Shown here in pieces: positions 10,788 through 20,273 of a DNA stretch of 64,000 nucleotides (position 1 is its first letter; each line of letters starts with the position of its first letter). Origin of the DNA: an uncultured Planctomycetota bacterium (GTDB lineage: Bacteria > Planctomycetota > Planctomycetia > Pirellulales > Lacipirellulaceae); the NCBI GenBank assembly GCA_963719315.1, contig CAVRBU010000009.1, positions 1 through 64,000 of the forward strand, given 5' to 3'. The notes under the pieces are model-generated. The model did not search any database. It had not been told where the DNA came from and saw nothing but the letters and a program-made list of their open reading frames with translations. Position numbers and translations under genes: made by a program.

Positions 10788-11493
10788 ATGACAACCACCA
10801 GCACGACCAGCGCGACGACTCGCTGTACCCATTGCGGTAAGCGGTTTCGGATTGATCCAAACCCGTCCTTCCTGCCGTGCCCACCCTCAGAGTATGAAGG
10901 TCGGCTGAAGCGCTGCCCCGCCTGCCACAAGCTGTTCACGGTCAAGCTGGAGAACCGCAGCACCAAAGCGCCACGCGCAGCCCTGTCTGCCGACGCGGAT
11001 CGCCAATGCGCATTGGGTGGACGACATTTACGCAGGGACGAACCGAAGGAGGAATTCGCGGCAATATGCCCCCGCGCAGGCTGCACTGCCCACGACGATA
11101 CTGCCGAGCCGTCCCTTTCCGGATGAGCCGTTGCGCGATCCAATGCGGGAGCGTAATGGGACTGCGAGCGACAATCCGGCACTGTCGTTCAAAGCCTACC
11201 TAGCCGAGTCAGGAGTGGGCATCGATCACTTGCAACGGACTGTGGGCCTGCCGCCTCTGGTCACCGGCGTGCTGAAAATGGCTTCGTTCGCTGGCCGTTT
11301 ATTGCTTTCACCAATCGACTATCCGATGTGGCGGGCCGTGAAGCAAGGCAAAATGAATCAGTGGGATCGCGTGGCGATTCAACTCGGCATAGTTTATTTG
11401 TTACACAGGTGGAACAAATCGTCTGGCAAGCGCCAGGACATGAAGGATCAAGCCGATTACATCGCGGAAGCCATGAAACGCAAAGGCCTTTAG
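10788..11493 (+). CDS. Zn-ribbon (CxxC...CxxC) N-terminal domain protein, probably one gene with a frameshift near 11000
   Basis: AGGAGG RBS; RCTHCGKRFRI...RCPACHKLF. ORF 11017-11493 is the likely continuation. Confidence 0.6.
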
Positions 11494-11504
11494 AGCCGGG
11501 AAAG

Positions 11505-12665
11505 ATGAAATCAAGCGAAAGGTACTATATGCACAGCAGCTTCGGATGGGACCTAGCCGCATACGGAGAAAGCAGCTACTCCGCATTGTGCGAGGGGAAG
11601 CTGGACGAGAGCCGCTTCACCGCAACAATGCTCCGATGCAACGCGATCTCCAACCCAAAATTGGTCATGACGTTGAATCTGTCGGAGACCGTGGCCAATG
11701 AGCGAAGAGTCCTTGTAGCATGCTGCGCGAAAGCAGAATTCTTCGTCGATATCCCCATCGACCTGAGGCCGCTTCTAGATGTGGTTAATTTCTCCAGCAA
11801 GTTCACTGCAAACAATTACTGGCAATTGGTGCGGCGGCCGATCGACCAGGCGCTCGGCGGACTGACGCCGTTGGCGGACTTCATTGGCTATCCGGTGGCG
11901 CGTATCGCGAATCTGCTTCGTGGCTTCAAGGATCCTGGCCCGGTGGAGTTGAATCGTACTCTCTTTGAGACGTATCCTGCGGCAAACCTGGAACTCATCC
12001 GATGCAACAATGAGCGAGTGCAGCGCGTTTATGACAAGTACCGGTGGGTCTCCGGCCTTAAGGCCAAAGAGCCGAAGAACTGGCCGGCATGGCTACAAGC
12101 GGCTCTCAAGGACCACCTCGGTGACTCATTGGAACTCACCAAGAACGAGAGAGAAAAACTGGTGGCGCTCGTTCTTGAGGCATTGGGCATGGAAAAGCAA
12201 AACGCTTTCTCGATTGCCGCGAACCGCGGGCTACAAGGCGAGACGATCACGAGAAGCGACAAGCCGCCTTACAAAGGAGGTGTGGCCCGGTTTCGGCAGT
12301 CTCGCTGGGTCGCCAAGGAAAAGGCCTGGACGGATCAATGTCTGGCGGAACTACTGAATGCTCTTGGCTTCACAGCCTGCACTGACGAGGAAGAGTGCAA
12401 TGCGGACGAGTTCGATGCAATGATATGTTCCGTAATCGGATGCTTTCCAGAATGTACGATGTCTGATGACGAACTTAAGAAGATCGTGAAACAGCGACTT
12501 GAGAAATTTGGCGCAAATGTGATTGCCGATGAGTTGCTCGTTCCAGCCGGTTATCGTGTGCTGCGCCAATGGCCCCAAAATGTTTCTTTTGTGATCGCGC
12601 GTCAAAAACTCAACGATGTTGACGAACTTTGCGAGTACGTGCAGTCCGATCGCAGCAGCTCTTGA
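11505..12665 (+). CDS. Divergent DUF429-like predicted nuclease with insertion
   Basis: Ordered motifs FGWDLA, FVDIPI, RRPIDQ, FETYPAA and DEFDAMIC match the DUF429 acidic-residue pattern. Confidence 0.65.
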   Translation: MKSSERYYMHSSFGWDLAAYGESSYSALCEGKLDESRFTATMLRCNAISNPKLVMTLNLSETVANERRVLVACCAKAEFFVDIPIDLRPLLDVVNFSSKFTANNYWQLVRRPIDQALGGLTPLADFIGYPVARIANLLRGFKDPGPVELNRTLFETYPAANLELIRCNNERVQRVYDKYRWVSGLKAKEPKNWPAWLQAALKDHLGDSLELTKNEREKLVALVLEALGMEKQNAFSIAANRGLQGETITRSDKPPYKGGVARFRQSRWVAKEKAWTDQCLAELLNALGFTACTDEEECNADEFDAMICSVIGCFPECTMSDDELKKIVKQRLEKFGANVIADELLVPAGYRVLRQWPQNVSFVIARQKLNDVDELCEYVQSDRSSS

Positions 12666-12796
12666 GCAGCTTGCTGACGATAGAGCGGCTTTCAACCATT
12701 CCGTTGTATTGGTCAAAGACAGCAACACCGGAAAGAGTATTCGCCGACCAAACGTGATCTTTTGGGCGTAATTAAACCATCGCACCAACGAATTTC

Positions 12797-12979
12797 ATGA
12801 CCTACCAATATCAAGTCATCGCGAATATCAACCGAAAACAAACGTTCCTAGACGTGACTGCTCCCGATGCCGAAAGCACATGTCGCAGCTTGTCCGTGAA
12901 CGACACCGCCGAGCAAACGTCGAAATTGTCAGCTCGATACTATTGTGGAAGGGGCCGCTGCGTGACGTGCGCAAGATGA
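12797..12979 (+). CDS. Small hypothetical protein coupled to the nucleotidyltransferase
   Basis: Its stop overlaps the next ATG (ATGA at 12976-12979); internal indels are possible. Confidence 0.4.
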   Translation: MTYQYQVIANINRKQTFLDVTAPDAESTCRSLSVNDTAEQTSKLSARYYCGRGRCVTCAR

Positions 12980-13577
12980 ACGGGTCCAACGACGGCAAGA
13001 GGTCGTTAGTTGAATCGATCATGCTCCCACAAGTCATTGCGGCCCTGAAGGACTGGCTGACGGCAGTGCGAGCGGATGCCGTCCTGATTGGTGGTGTAGC
13101 GGCGGTCCTATTACGTGAAGCCATTTTATACGGACGACATCGATTTTCTGTTTGCGTCGGCGGCCGATGTGCCGGCGGCCGTGCGAGGATTCGATCGAGT
13201 CAACGCCCCTCCGGATCATCGCTACAAGAAAGCAAGTTCATCGTTTCGACACCACAGAATTGGAGTCCATGTCGATGCCTTCACGCCCGCCGACTTCGGG
13301 GTACAGCCGCCGTACTTGCGAAGGCGTTTGAGACCGCGACGCACGCGGAGTACGCATCCGCCGAGCGGGAAGTTTGCGTTACGTGAAAATCGCCAGCCCA
13401 TCCGCACTCGTGGCAATGAAGCTCTTCGGCGGGATGATGCGAGACGAGGCCGACATCATCGCCCTGATTGAATCGGGCCCGGTCGATCTCACCCCCATTT
13501 CCGTTGCCTCGCGCAGCTCCGGGCATACGACAAGCTCGCAAAACAAGCGACACGCGAAGAATCCATCAAGGAGTTGA
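12976..13577 (+). CDS. Nucleotidyltransferase (Pol-beta fold, AbiEii/DUF6036-like); frameshifted
   Basis: Reconstructed across three frames: VLIGGVAA..YVKPFYTDDIDFL...KIASPSALVAMKL..MRDEADIIALI. Confidence 0.75.
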
Positions 13578-13584
13578 ATTCGAG

Positions 13585-13836
13585 ATGAGCTCGCTTCCGC
13601 CACACATGAGGAGATACATCGACAACGGTCGTCGCGGACGCGCTCCAGATACAACCTGGTTTCGTGACTTGTCCGCCGAGGCCAGACGGTTTGGGTTACG
13701 CTATCGGGTACTTGTGGAGCCGGAGCTTTACGAGCGAATGCACGATGTCCTGGCCGACGCCGGGAGAACACCAACGGGGGATACATTGCGGGCCATCTTA
13801 TCGCACTCTGTTGATATCGTGCCGGTTAAGGCGTAA
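13585..13836 (+). CDS. Hypothetical protein
   Basis: ATG with AGGAG upstream, co-directional with its neighbours. It may extend to ~14000 through a frameshift. Confidence 0.4.
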   Translation: MSSLPPHMRRYIDNGRRGRAPDTTWFRDLSAEARRFGLRYRVLVEPELYERMHDVLADAGRTPTGDTLRAILSHSVDIVPVKA

Positions 13837-14001
13837 CGTCTGTCGCCTGCAATATCAGGGTGCTGCCGATCGACGACAATCCAGATATCGAAATCCCAAT
13901 GTTAGCCGAATTCTGTACCGACCGGGTTGGAGACTGCTTCGTGCTCCAACTCCGGCGTGCCAAACACACTGTTTTCGCAAACTCAACATTTGGAGATTGC
14001 T

Positions 14002-14644
14002 ATGCACGAATACTTCTATCAAACATTTCCTTCTCAGCTTGCCCGCCTCGCGTTTCGGCGCCCAAACGACGTCTTGCGCGAGGATATTATGAAAGACCCT
14101 GGTGTAGTCTTCTTTCGGGGACCGGATTGGGACAACATCAGCAGCCGATCTTCGCACGATTCCAGAAACGGACCGAAATCGATTTTTCCTTTGCCTGTTC
14201 ATGGTGGTTCTGACGGACCAGGCTCTTTACACGTACTTCCCCGATTCGTACACGACGTGGCAAAGCCGAAACTTCCATGGGGATTTGAATATCAAATATC
14301 CAAAGTTTGGATAAAAGGGCTTTGGCCCGCACAACGATGAGCCGTTCGAGCTACTTTTGGCCCCAGAGCGAGAGGGCGTAATGAACATCAAATGAGGCTC
14401 ACGCCTTTGTTCCCGAGTTCGTAGAATTCTTTGTGAATGAGACTCGGGACTACTTTCAGCAACATCTTCCGACAATTGACGTGAACAGCTACTTCGATTC
14501 AATCAAAAATGATCCCGGCTATATCGCCTTTGACAAGGGTGAAGTTGTTCGCCGATTTAAGGCTGAATTCGAAGCCCCAAACCAACGATCAAAACTGACC
14601 TTAGCACCCGAAAGTCCGTCTTCCAGGCTCAATCCATCGTCTAA
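14002..14644 (+). CDS. Hypothetical protein, frameshifted
   Basis: GGAG-preceded ATG; protein-like segments in ORFs 13927, 13860 and 14433. Boundaries are uncertain. Confidence 0.35.
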
Positions 14645-14648
14645 CAAT

Positions 14649-15427
14649 ATGGCCTACCGCGTCCGCAAACAGCAGAACTGCTTTGATCCAAAGAGCAGCG
14701 ATCCATTTAAGCTCAGCCGCTCGCGGCTGGAACGATTCCTTTCTTGCCCCCGGTGCTTCTACATGGACCGGCACTTCGGCATCGATCGCGTTCAAGGGCC
14801 GGCTTTCACGCTCAATAGTGCAACCGACACGCTGCTCAAAAGGGAATTTGACGCTCACCGGTCGGCACGGACGCCGCATCCCTGTTTTCCAAATTCGGTA
14901 TCGACGTAATTCCCTACGCTCATCCGAACCTCGACACGTGGCACAACGCATTGCGAAATGGAATTCAATTTCTGCACGCCCCGACCAATCTACTGCTTAG
15001 TGGCGGAATCGATGATGTGTGGGAGCATCGCGATGGCTCTCTCGCCATCGTAGACTACAAGTCCACCTGCACAGCCAAGGAGATCAGCCTAGACGACCCA
15101 TGGAAGCAAGCCTACAAGCGGCAAATGGAAATCTACCAGTGGCTATTCCGAAGAAACGGCTTTCCTATTTCCAATAGAGGCTACTTTCTGTTCGTAAACG
15201 CCGACACAGAGCACAACTCATTCAGCGACACGTTAATCTTCAAGTCTCAGATTATCGCCTACGACGGCGATGATTCGTGGGTCAAACGCGCACTCATCAA
15301 CGCGCACATTTGCCTCTGCGGAGATTCCGCTCCTGCTGCCGCTGCCGAATGTGACTGGTGTGCGTACCGCAACGCCGGCGCTGCGATACCACCGCAGAAC
15401 AGCGGTCAATTCTCACCGGCTACATAA
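14649..15427 (+). CDS. PD-(D/E)XK nuclease (RecB/AddB/Cas4-like); frameshifted ~14885-14950
   Basis: LSRSRLERFLSCPRCFY...GGIDDVW...IVDYKST...RQMEIYQWL...CDWCAY. Confidence 0.85.
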
Positions 15428-15643
15428 TCGATGCCGGAAGCGGATGAGCGAAGGCAAAGCGCAATTTCACTTCGATTAGTTTGCGATATGTGTTCAGCGG
15501 TGCGTGCGGAAATGTCCCGTTTGCAACGATCTTTCATTTTGTAGTATAGCCTTTTGTTTTTTGAGGACGATGGCTTGCGGTACGCCTAAAGAGCATCCGA
15601 TGTTGGTGTCGGTGCGGCTGCGTCCTGCAGTTGCGCCGGAACA

Positions 15644-16000
15644 TTATTCAATCAGACGCCGGCCCCAGCGGTTGAGCATCTCTTCGCACCGCCCGCAGCC
15701 GCAGCCTGTCTTTTTCCTGATCCCGATGCTATTGAGACAACTTGCGAAGAACGTGCCGAGCTGAAGTTGCAGGGCGAGTTCCTGGCCCGCTTCTTCGAAG
15801 GCACTGACCGCTTCAAAGTCGGTATCCGGTCCGGTCCGTGCTGTTTACCGGGTCGCGCATCGGCACCGCCACAAGGGGCGTAATACTTTTCGGGCGGTAG
15901 CGACGGATCTGATGCGCATCCTCCAGCCGCAGGTCTGGCAGACCATGAAGTCGCCGTCGCGTTGGAACTGGCAGCTCGCTTTCCGCGGTGCGGGGGCGTC
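15644..16000 (-). CDS. Small Cys-rich phage-like protein, frameshifted
   Basis: SCQFQRDGDFMVCQTCGWRMR...LGTFFASCLNSIGIRKKTGCGCGRCEEMLNRWG*. The start is uncertain. Confidence 0.45.
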
Positions 16001-16171
16001 GGGGCAGGAAAGGGAGGTCGAATCCTTGCTGAGAAAAGAACGACCTGGCCGAATGAATTGCCAAGCGTGCCTTCGAGTCCAACATGTTGCAGCAGACTCG
16101 GATAGTGAACCAGCTCTTTTTAGCCGAGCGATTTAAGCGTAGCGATGACAACAGCGTCGGGCATGGTCTAG

Positions 16172-17807
16172 TCAGTGAGATCGAACTAAAACATCAGATT
16201 CCCCGGCGTCGCGTAAATACTCTCCTCTCGTCGTCCGGGACGCCAGATCCAGCCCCATGATCAGCGCCACGATCGCCGTCGATCCGCTCGCAGCTCTTCT
16301 TCTTCGACGGCTTCCAGTTGTCCGCCGCGTCCTTCTCGATCGACACGTTGCCGGCCATCCACCGCAGCACGGGATGGCCGCCGTGCCCCAGCTTGCCGGC
16401 CAGGACCAGCTCTTCCAGCTTCTTGGTCGGCGCAGTTCATGCTGGCGTAGCCCTGCCCGAAGGCGACCATCTCGAACCCGTCGCCGGCCAGTTGCGTGGC
16501 CAGCTGCGTGGCGTTCCAGCGGTCGATGGCGATCTCGCAGGATGTGGTACTGCTCGCCCAGTTCGTTGATCTGCGTGCGGATGCGGTCGTAGTCGATGAC
16601 CTCGCCCGGCGTGGCCTCGATGTGCCCGTCGCGGATCCATCGCAGGTACGGCACGCGGTCCCGTCGCTCGCGCTGCCGCGCGCCTTCCTCGGGAACCCAG
16701 AAGAACGGCAGCACGTCGATACCGCTCGTCGTCGGGAAACACCAGCACCAGCGCCGAGAGGTCGGTCGTCGACGAGAGATCCAGGCCCGCAAAGCAGTTC
16801 CGGCCCGTCCAGATCGCTCGAGCGCTCCACCGCAGGCGTCCCACTTCTCCATGCTCAGCCAGCGGACGTCCTGCTCGGTCCACTGGTTGAGCCGGTAGCG
16901 GCGGAACGAGTTCTCCTTGGCCGGCGACTCCTGCGCTTCGCGGCAGTCCTCGGCGAACTGCTCGGCGTCGATCGTCACGCCGAAGCTGGGGTTGGCCTTT
17001 TGCCAGACTTCGGGATCGGTCCAGTCGTCCTCGTCGCCTGCCGCGGCGATGTAGGCGAAGAACGCCGGATCCTCGATCGTGCCGTCCAGCACTTTGTGGG
17101 CGTAGTCGTGCTGCTCCCAGCAGATCGAATGGCGGTCGTAGCCGGCCGTCGTGATCGACAGGTGCAGCGGCTGCCGGCGCGAGGCGCCGGCGTAACGCAG
17201 CGTGTCCCACAGGTCGCGGGTCTTCTGGGCATGCAGTTCGTCGATCAGCACCGCATGGGCGTTGAGCCCTTCCTTGGCCGGCACGTCGGCCGACAGGGCC
17301 CGGTAGAACGACCGGGTGCGGTGATAACGATCCGCTTCGTGGAGCGGACGACGTCAGCCGCGAGGAGAGGTGCGGCGAGCGCCTCGACCATGTTGGCCGC
17401 TTCGTTGAAGACGATCGACGCCTGGTCCCGGTCGACCGCGGCGCTGTAGATCTCGGCCCCCGGTTCGCCGTCGCAGGCCAGCAGGTACAGGCTCAGCCCG
17501 GCGAACAGCGTGCTCTTGCCGTTCTTCTTGGGCACCTCGATGTAGCCGCGGCGGATAGCGCCGCGTGCCGTCGGCCCGCTTCCAGCCGAACAGCGGGCCG
17601 ATGACCTCGGTCCACTGCCAGTCCAGCAGCTCGAACGGCTGGCCGGCCCACTGCCCTTTGGAGTGCCGCAGGAACCGGTGGAAGAAGTCCGGACGCGCTC
17701 GGCGGCTGTCAGGTCGAAGCAGCAGCCCTCGCTCGACGGCCCGCTCGTCGGCCGGCGTGCGGATCCATTCGGCCCAATCTCGCTCGGCGCCGTGCTCGCA
17801 GTCGCAT
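16172..17807 (-). CDS. terL: Phage terminase large subunit (multiple frameshifts)
   Basis: FELLDWQ, YIEVPKKNGKSTL (Walker A), VLIDELHA (Walker B), SITTAG, KANPS, AGLDLSSTTDL, AIDRWNA and IVALIMG. Confidence 0.92.
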
Positions 17808-18265
17808 CAGCCGGCCTCCACGAAGGCGTCGAACTCGTCGCGGCCTGGCCACCCTCGGGCACCCGGATGCGGCTGCGGCTGGAGGGCGTGAGCCCGAACT
17901 CGACCATGAACTTCCGCATCGTCTCCAGCGCCTGGTCGGCCACCGTCAGGTAGGGCGACTTCATCGGGAAGCCCTTGTCGGGCGACTTCACGATCGTGCC
18001 GAAGCTGGCCGACCTGCTCCTCGGCCTGGACCCAGCGGCTGTAGGCGACGCAGTAGGCGGCCAGCGCCGAGCGATCGGCGGCGTCAACAGTCCCATGCCG
18101 GCAGCACTGCGACGTGCGGTACCACTCGGCCGGGCCTCGTCGTCCAGGAACTCGGGGCAGTCGGGAATTCCACGGGCGGCACCGGTTCGCGCTCGTTGAG
18201 CGGCCGCTTGCCGGGATTGCCCTCGATGAGCTTGAGCACGGTTGGTTTGGTTTACGGCCTCGCAT
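17807..18265 (-). CDS. terS: Phage terminase small subunit, P27 family (frameshifted)
   Basis: MRGRKP..., DRSALAAYCVAYSRW, PYLTVADQA...EFGLTPSSRSRI. TGATG coupling to terL. Confidence 0.9.
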   Translation of the reverse strand: MRGRKPNQPCSSSSRAIPASGRSTSANRCRPWNSRLPRVPGRRGPAEWYRTSQCCRHGTVDAADRSALAAYCVAYSRWVQAEEQVGQLRHDREVARQGLPDEVALPDGGRPGAGDDAEVHGRVRAHALQPQPHPGARGWPGRDEFDAFVEAG

Positions 18266-18274
18266 GTGGCACTA

Positions 18275-18362
18275 CCCCCGGCCCCCAATTTCGCGGCCAC
18301 ACGCGCGTCTGGCACGCGTCGGTACGCATACGAATAGATCGCTGAAACTACCTCCCCCCCAC
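18275..18362 (-). other. Candidate cos/packaging-site region
   Basis: G-run-bounded spacer (GGGGGGAGG...GCCGCGAAATTGGGGG on the minus strand) between HNH and terS, which is where cos lies in HK97-like phages. Confidence 0.4.
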
Positions 18363-18407
18363 CGGTCATGCATCGCAGGCGCGGTGGTATCCACCATACA
18401 CTGCGCC

Positions 18408-18754
18408 TCATCCCTGGCAGCGTTGATCCTCGTTGATCACTCGTGATTCGGACAAACCATAGCTCTGTATGTCTTCGTTTGTCTTGCGCCGGTGACAGCA
18501 GCGGCAATGACTTGCGTGTTGTCGAACTCCAGTCGCCAGTCGGGACGCACATGGATCGGGATGACGTGGTCCACCTCGTTCGAGGCAGTGATGCGTCCTT
18601 CGCAGAGGCATGGCTGGCACAACCGGCTGTCAACTTCCCTACGCTCACGGGCCACGAGCATCCAGTCGCGATCGTAGCCGCGCTCTGCGGGCGTACCCCG
18701 GTGCAGTTCGCACGCGGTGCGTGGGCGTTGGTTGAGATCGCAGCGTCGGAGCAT
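18408..18754 (-). CDS. HNH endonuclease (terminase-associated, HK97 gp74-like); frameshifted
   Basis: RGTPAERGYDRDW...LCQPC...EVDHVIP...DNTQ...CHRRKT, directly upstream of terS. Confidence 0.85.
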
Positions 18755-18829
18755 ACGTCGTACCTCATTCTATTGCGGTGCGTCGGAAGCGCTGGTCGAA
18801 GTCGTGCTGACCGTAACATCAGGAGGTGA

Positions 18830-19040
18830 ATCGTTACGTACCCGTACCTTGCCGGTGCGGTACTCCCAGGTCGTAAGTCGTTCCTGGTAGGCGCTAGCAT
18901 TCACAACGGCGCACAATTCGACCGTCCGGGGCAGGTCGGGAATTGATGACACGTTACCGCCGATGGCCGCAGTAGGCGCACACGAGGCCACAGATGTCGA
19001 AGGCGGTCTGTCGAATCGCGTCATCGAGTTCGTCGGGCAT
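18830..19040 (-). pseudogene. NrdR N-terminal-like Zn-ribbon protein with in-frame stops
   Basis: CAYCGHRR*RVINSRPAPDGRIVRRCEC*...ERLTTWE resembles the NrdR motif CPxC...VIDSR...RRRREC..C..RFTT.E. Confidence 0.6.
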
Positions 19041-19086
19041 GTCGATGTAGCCTGCACGTGATGACAACCAGTCAGGCGAGCCAACG

Positions 19087-19124
19087 AAAAAAGGCCATGC
19101 GGGGATGCGGCCCCGCATGGCCTT
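19087..19124 (-). terminator. Intrinsic terminator-like hairpin
   Basis: Perfect 14-bp stem AAGGCCATGCGGGG / CCCCGCATGGCCTT with a 6-nt loop, ending in a T6 tract on the minus strand. Confidence 0.7.
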
Positions 19125-19289
19125 GTAGTTAGCTAGAGTTCACCGACGGTAGCAAATCGCCGATGTCGCCCAACTGGTTGCTTCTATTACTCTAACCGCA
19201 ACTTGATCCTCGTGCGTTCCTATTTGGGGCCGACAACGCAAAAAGTTACATATGTAAACGTCGCGTCATGTGTGGCTCGGCGCGGGCGA

Positions 19290-19713
19290 GGGCATGCCGG
19301 TCGAGCGGAGTCGACGAGCATGCCGGCCGACTTGCTACGAAACTTCTTTGTGCGACAGGCGCTGTACCTCGGTATATCCAATGTGAGCGAGGCTTGCTGG
19401 CCGTCTGAAGATGCCGGCGTTGGAGGCAGGAACTGCGGAGCCAACTCCACGGCCAGCATGTGATCCAGATCCACGTCGATCAGCCATCCCGACGGTTCGC
19501 CCAGCAGGACACCGATATTCTGCGGTGTCCATTGAAATGCTGGTCGAGCGTTTCCGGCGTAAGCCGCATCTGCTCCCAGCCCTTGAAGCCGGGATTCTTG
19601 CTCTGATGCGGAACGGGGATCACCGACCAACCCATCCGGGCATAGGCCTCGCCGCCGCACGGGTCGGCGTTGCTCAAGATCGATTGCTCCGTCGGATTGG
19701 CTGCGCCGTCCAT
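19290..19713 (-). pseudogene. Bifunctional DNA primase/polymerase N-terminal domain, truncated
   Basis: YARMGWSVIPV...KNPGFKGW...NIGVLLGEPSGWLIDVDLD...FLPPT. Similarity ends at ~19290 and no helicase domain follows. Confidence 0.8.
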
Positions 19714-19834
19714 GCGACACTGCTCCGCATAGCAGCGACCGAGAGGCCGGCGTCTTCGCTGGCCGAGAAACCACCTCGGTCGCGTGTCCTGACAATCGAA
19801 TACTACGGAAAAGTGCAGCGGTGGAACAAGGACA

Positions 19835-19915
19835 GCGAAACTCATATGCGCCGCATATGCGGACATGCGCGGAGATGCGCGAGCGTCACGGACATGCGCC
19901 GCATATGAGTTTCGC
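19835..19915. repeat. 16-bp inverted repeat enclosing ~10-bp-period ATGCG repeats
   Basis: GCGAAACTCATATGCG (19835-19850) / CGCATATGAGTTTCGC (19900-19915), with internal CATATGCG, GACATGCGC, GAGATGCGC and GACATGCGC. Confidence 0.8.
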
Positions 19916-20099
19916 CGCGCAGGCGTTTGACCAGAGACATGTCCGTAATCGGCGCGGAGAATTGCCCACAGGAGTCGCGGTCGGGAACGCCTACAGTTCC
20001 CGGCCGACCGATGGGAGAAACTTTCCGTGCCTACTTCTCGTAACTGGCTGGATTTCCTGCAAGAACCGGCATCATGGTCCTGAGCCCGGCTCGGCGCCG

Positions 20100-20273
20100 A
20101 ACGGCCGCTGTCGACGCAGTGGTTGTCGGACGAACGGATCGCCGAGGCCCGCCGCGTCTGGTCCAAGGCCTACGGCCGCGTGATCAGCGAGGACGAGGCC
20201 GTCGAGATTCTGATGAACGTCCGCCGGCTCGCCGAAGTGCTGTTGCGTGCCGAAGAGGAGAAACGAAGCATGA
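20100..20273 (+). CDS. Small helical protein upstream of the recombinase (start unresolved)
   Basis: RPLSTQWLSDERIAEARRVWSKAYGRVISEDEAVEILMNVRRLAEVL... runs up to the ATGA at the recombinase start. Confidence 0.5.
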
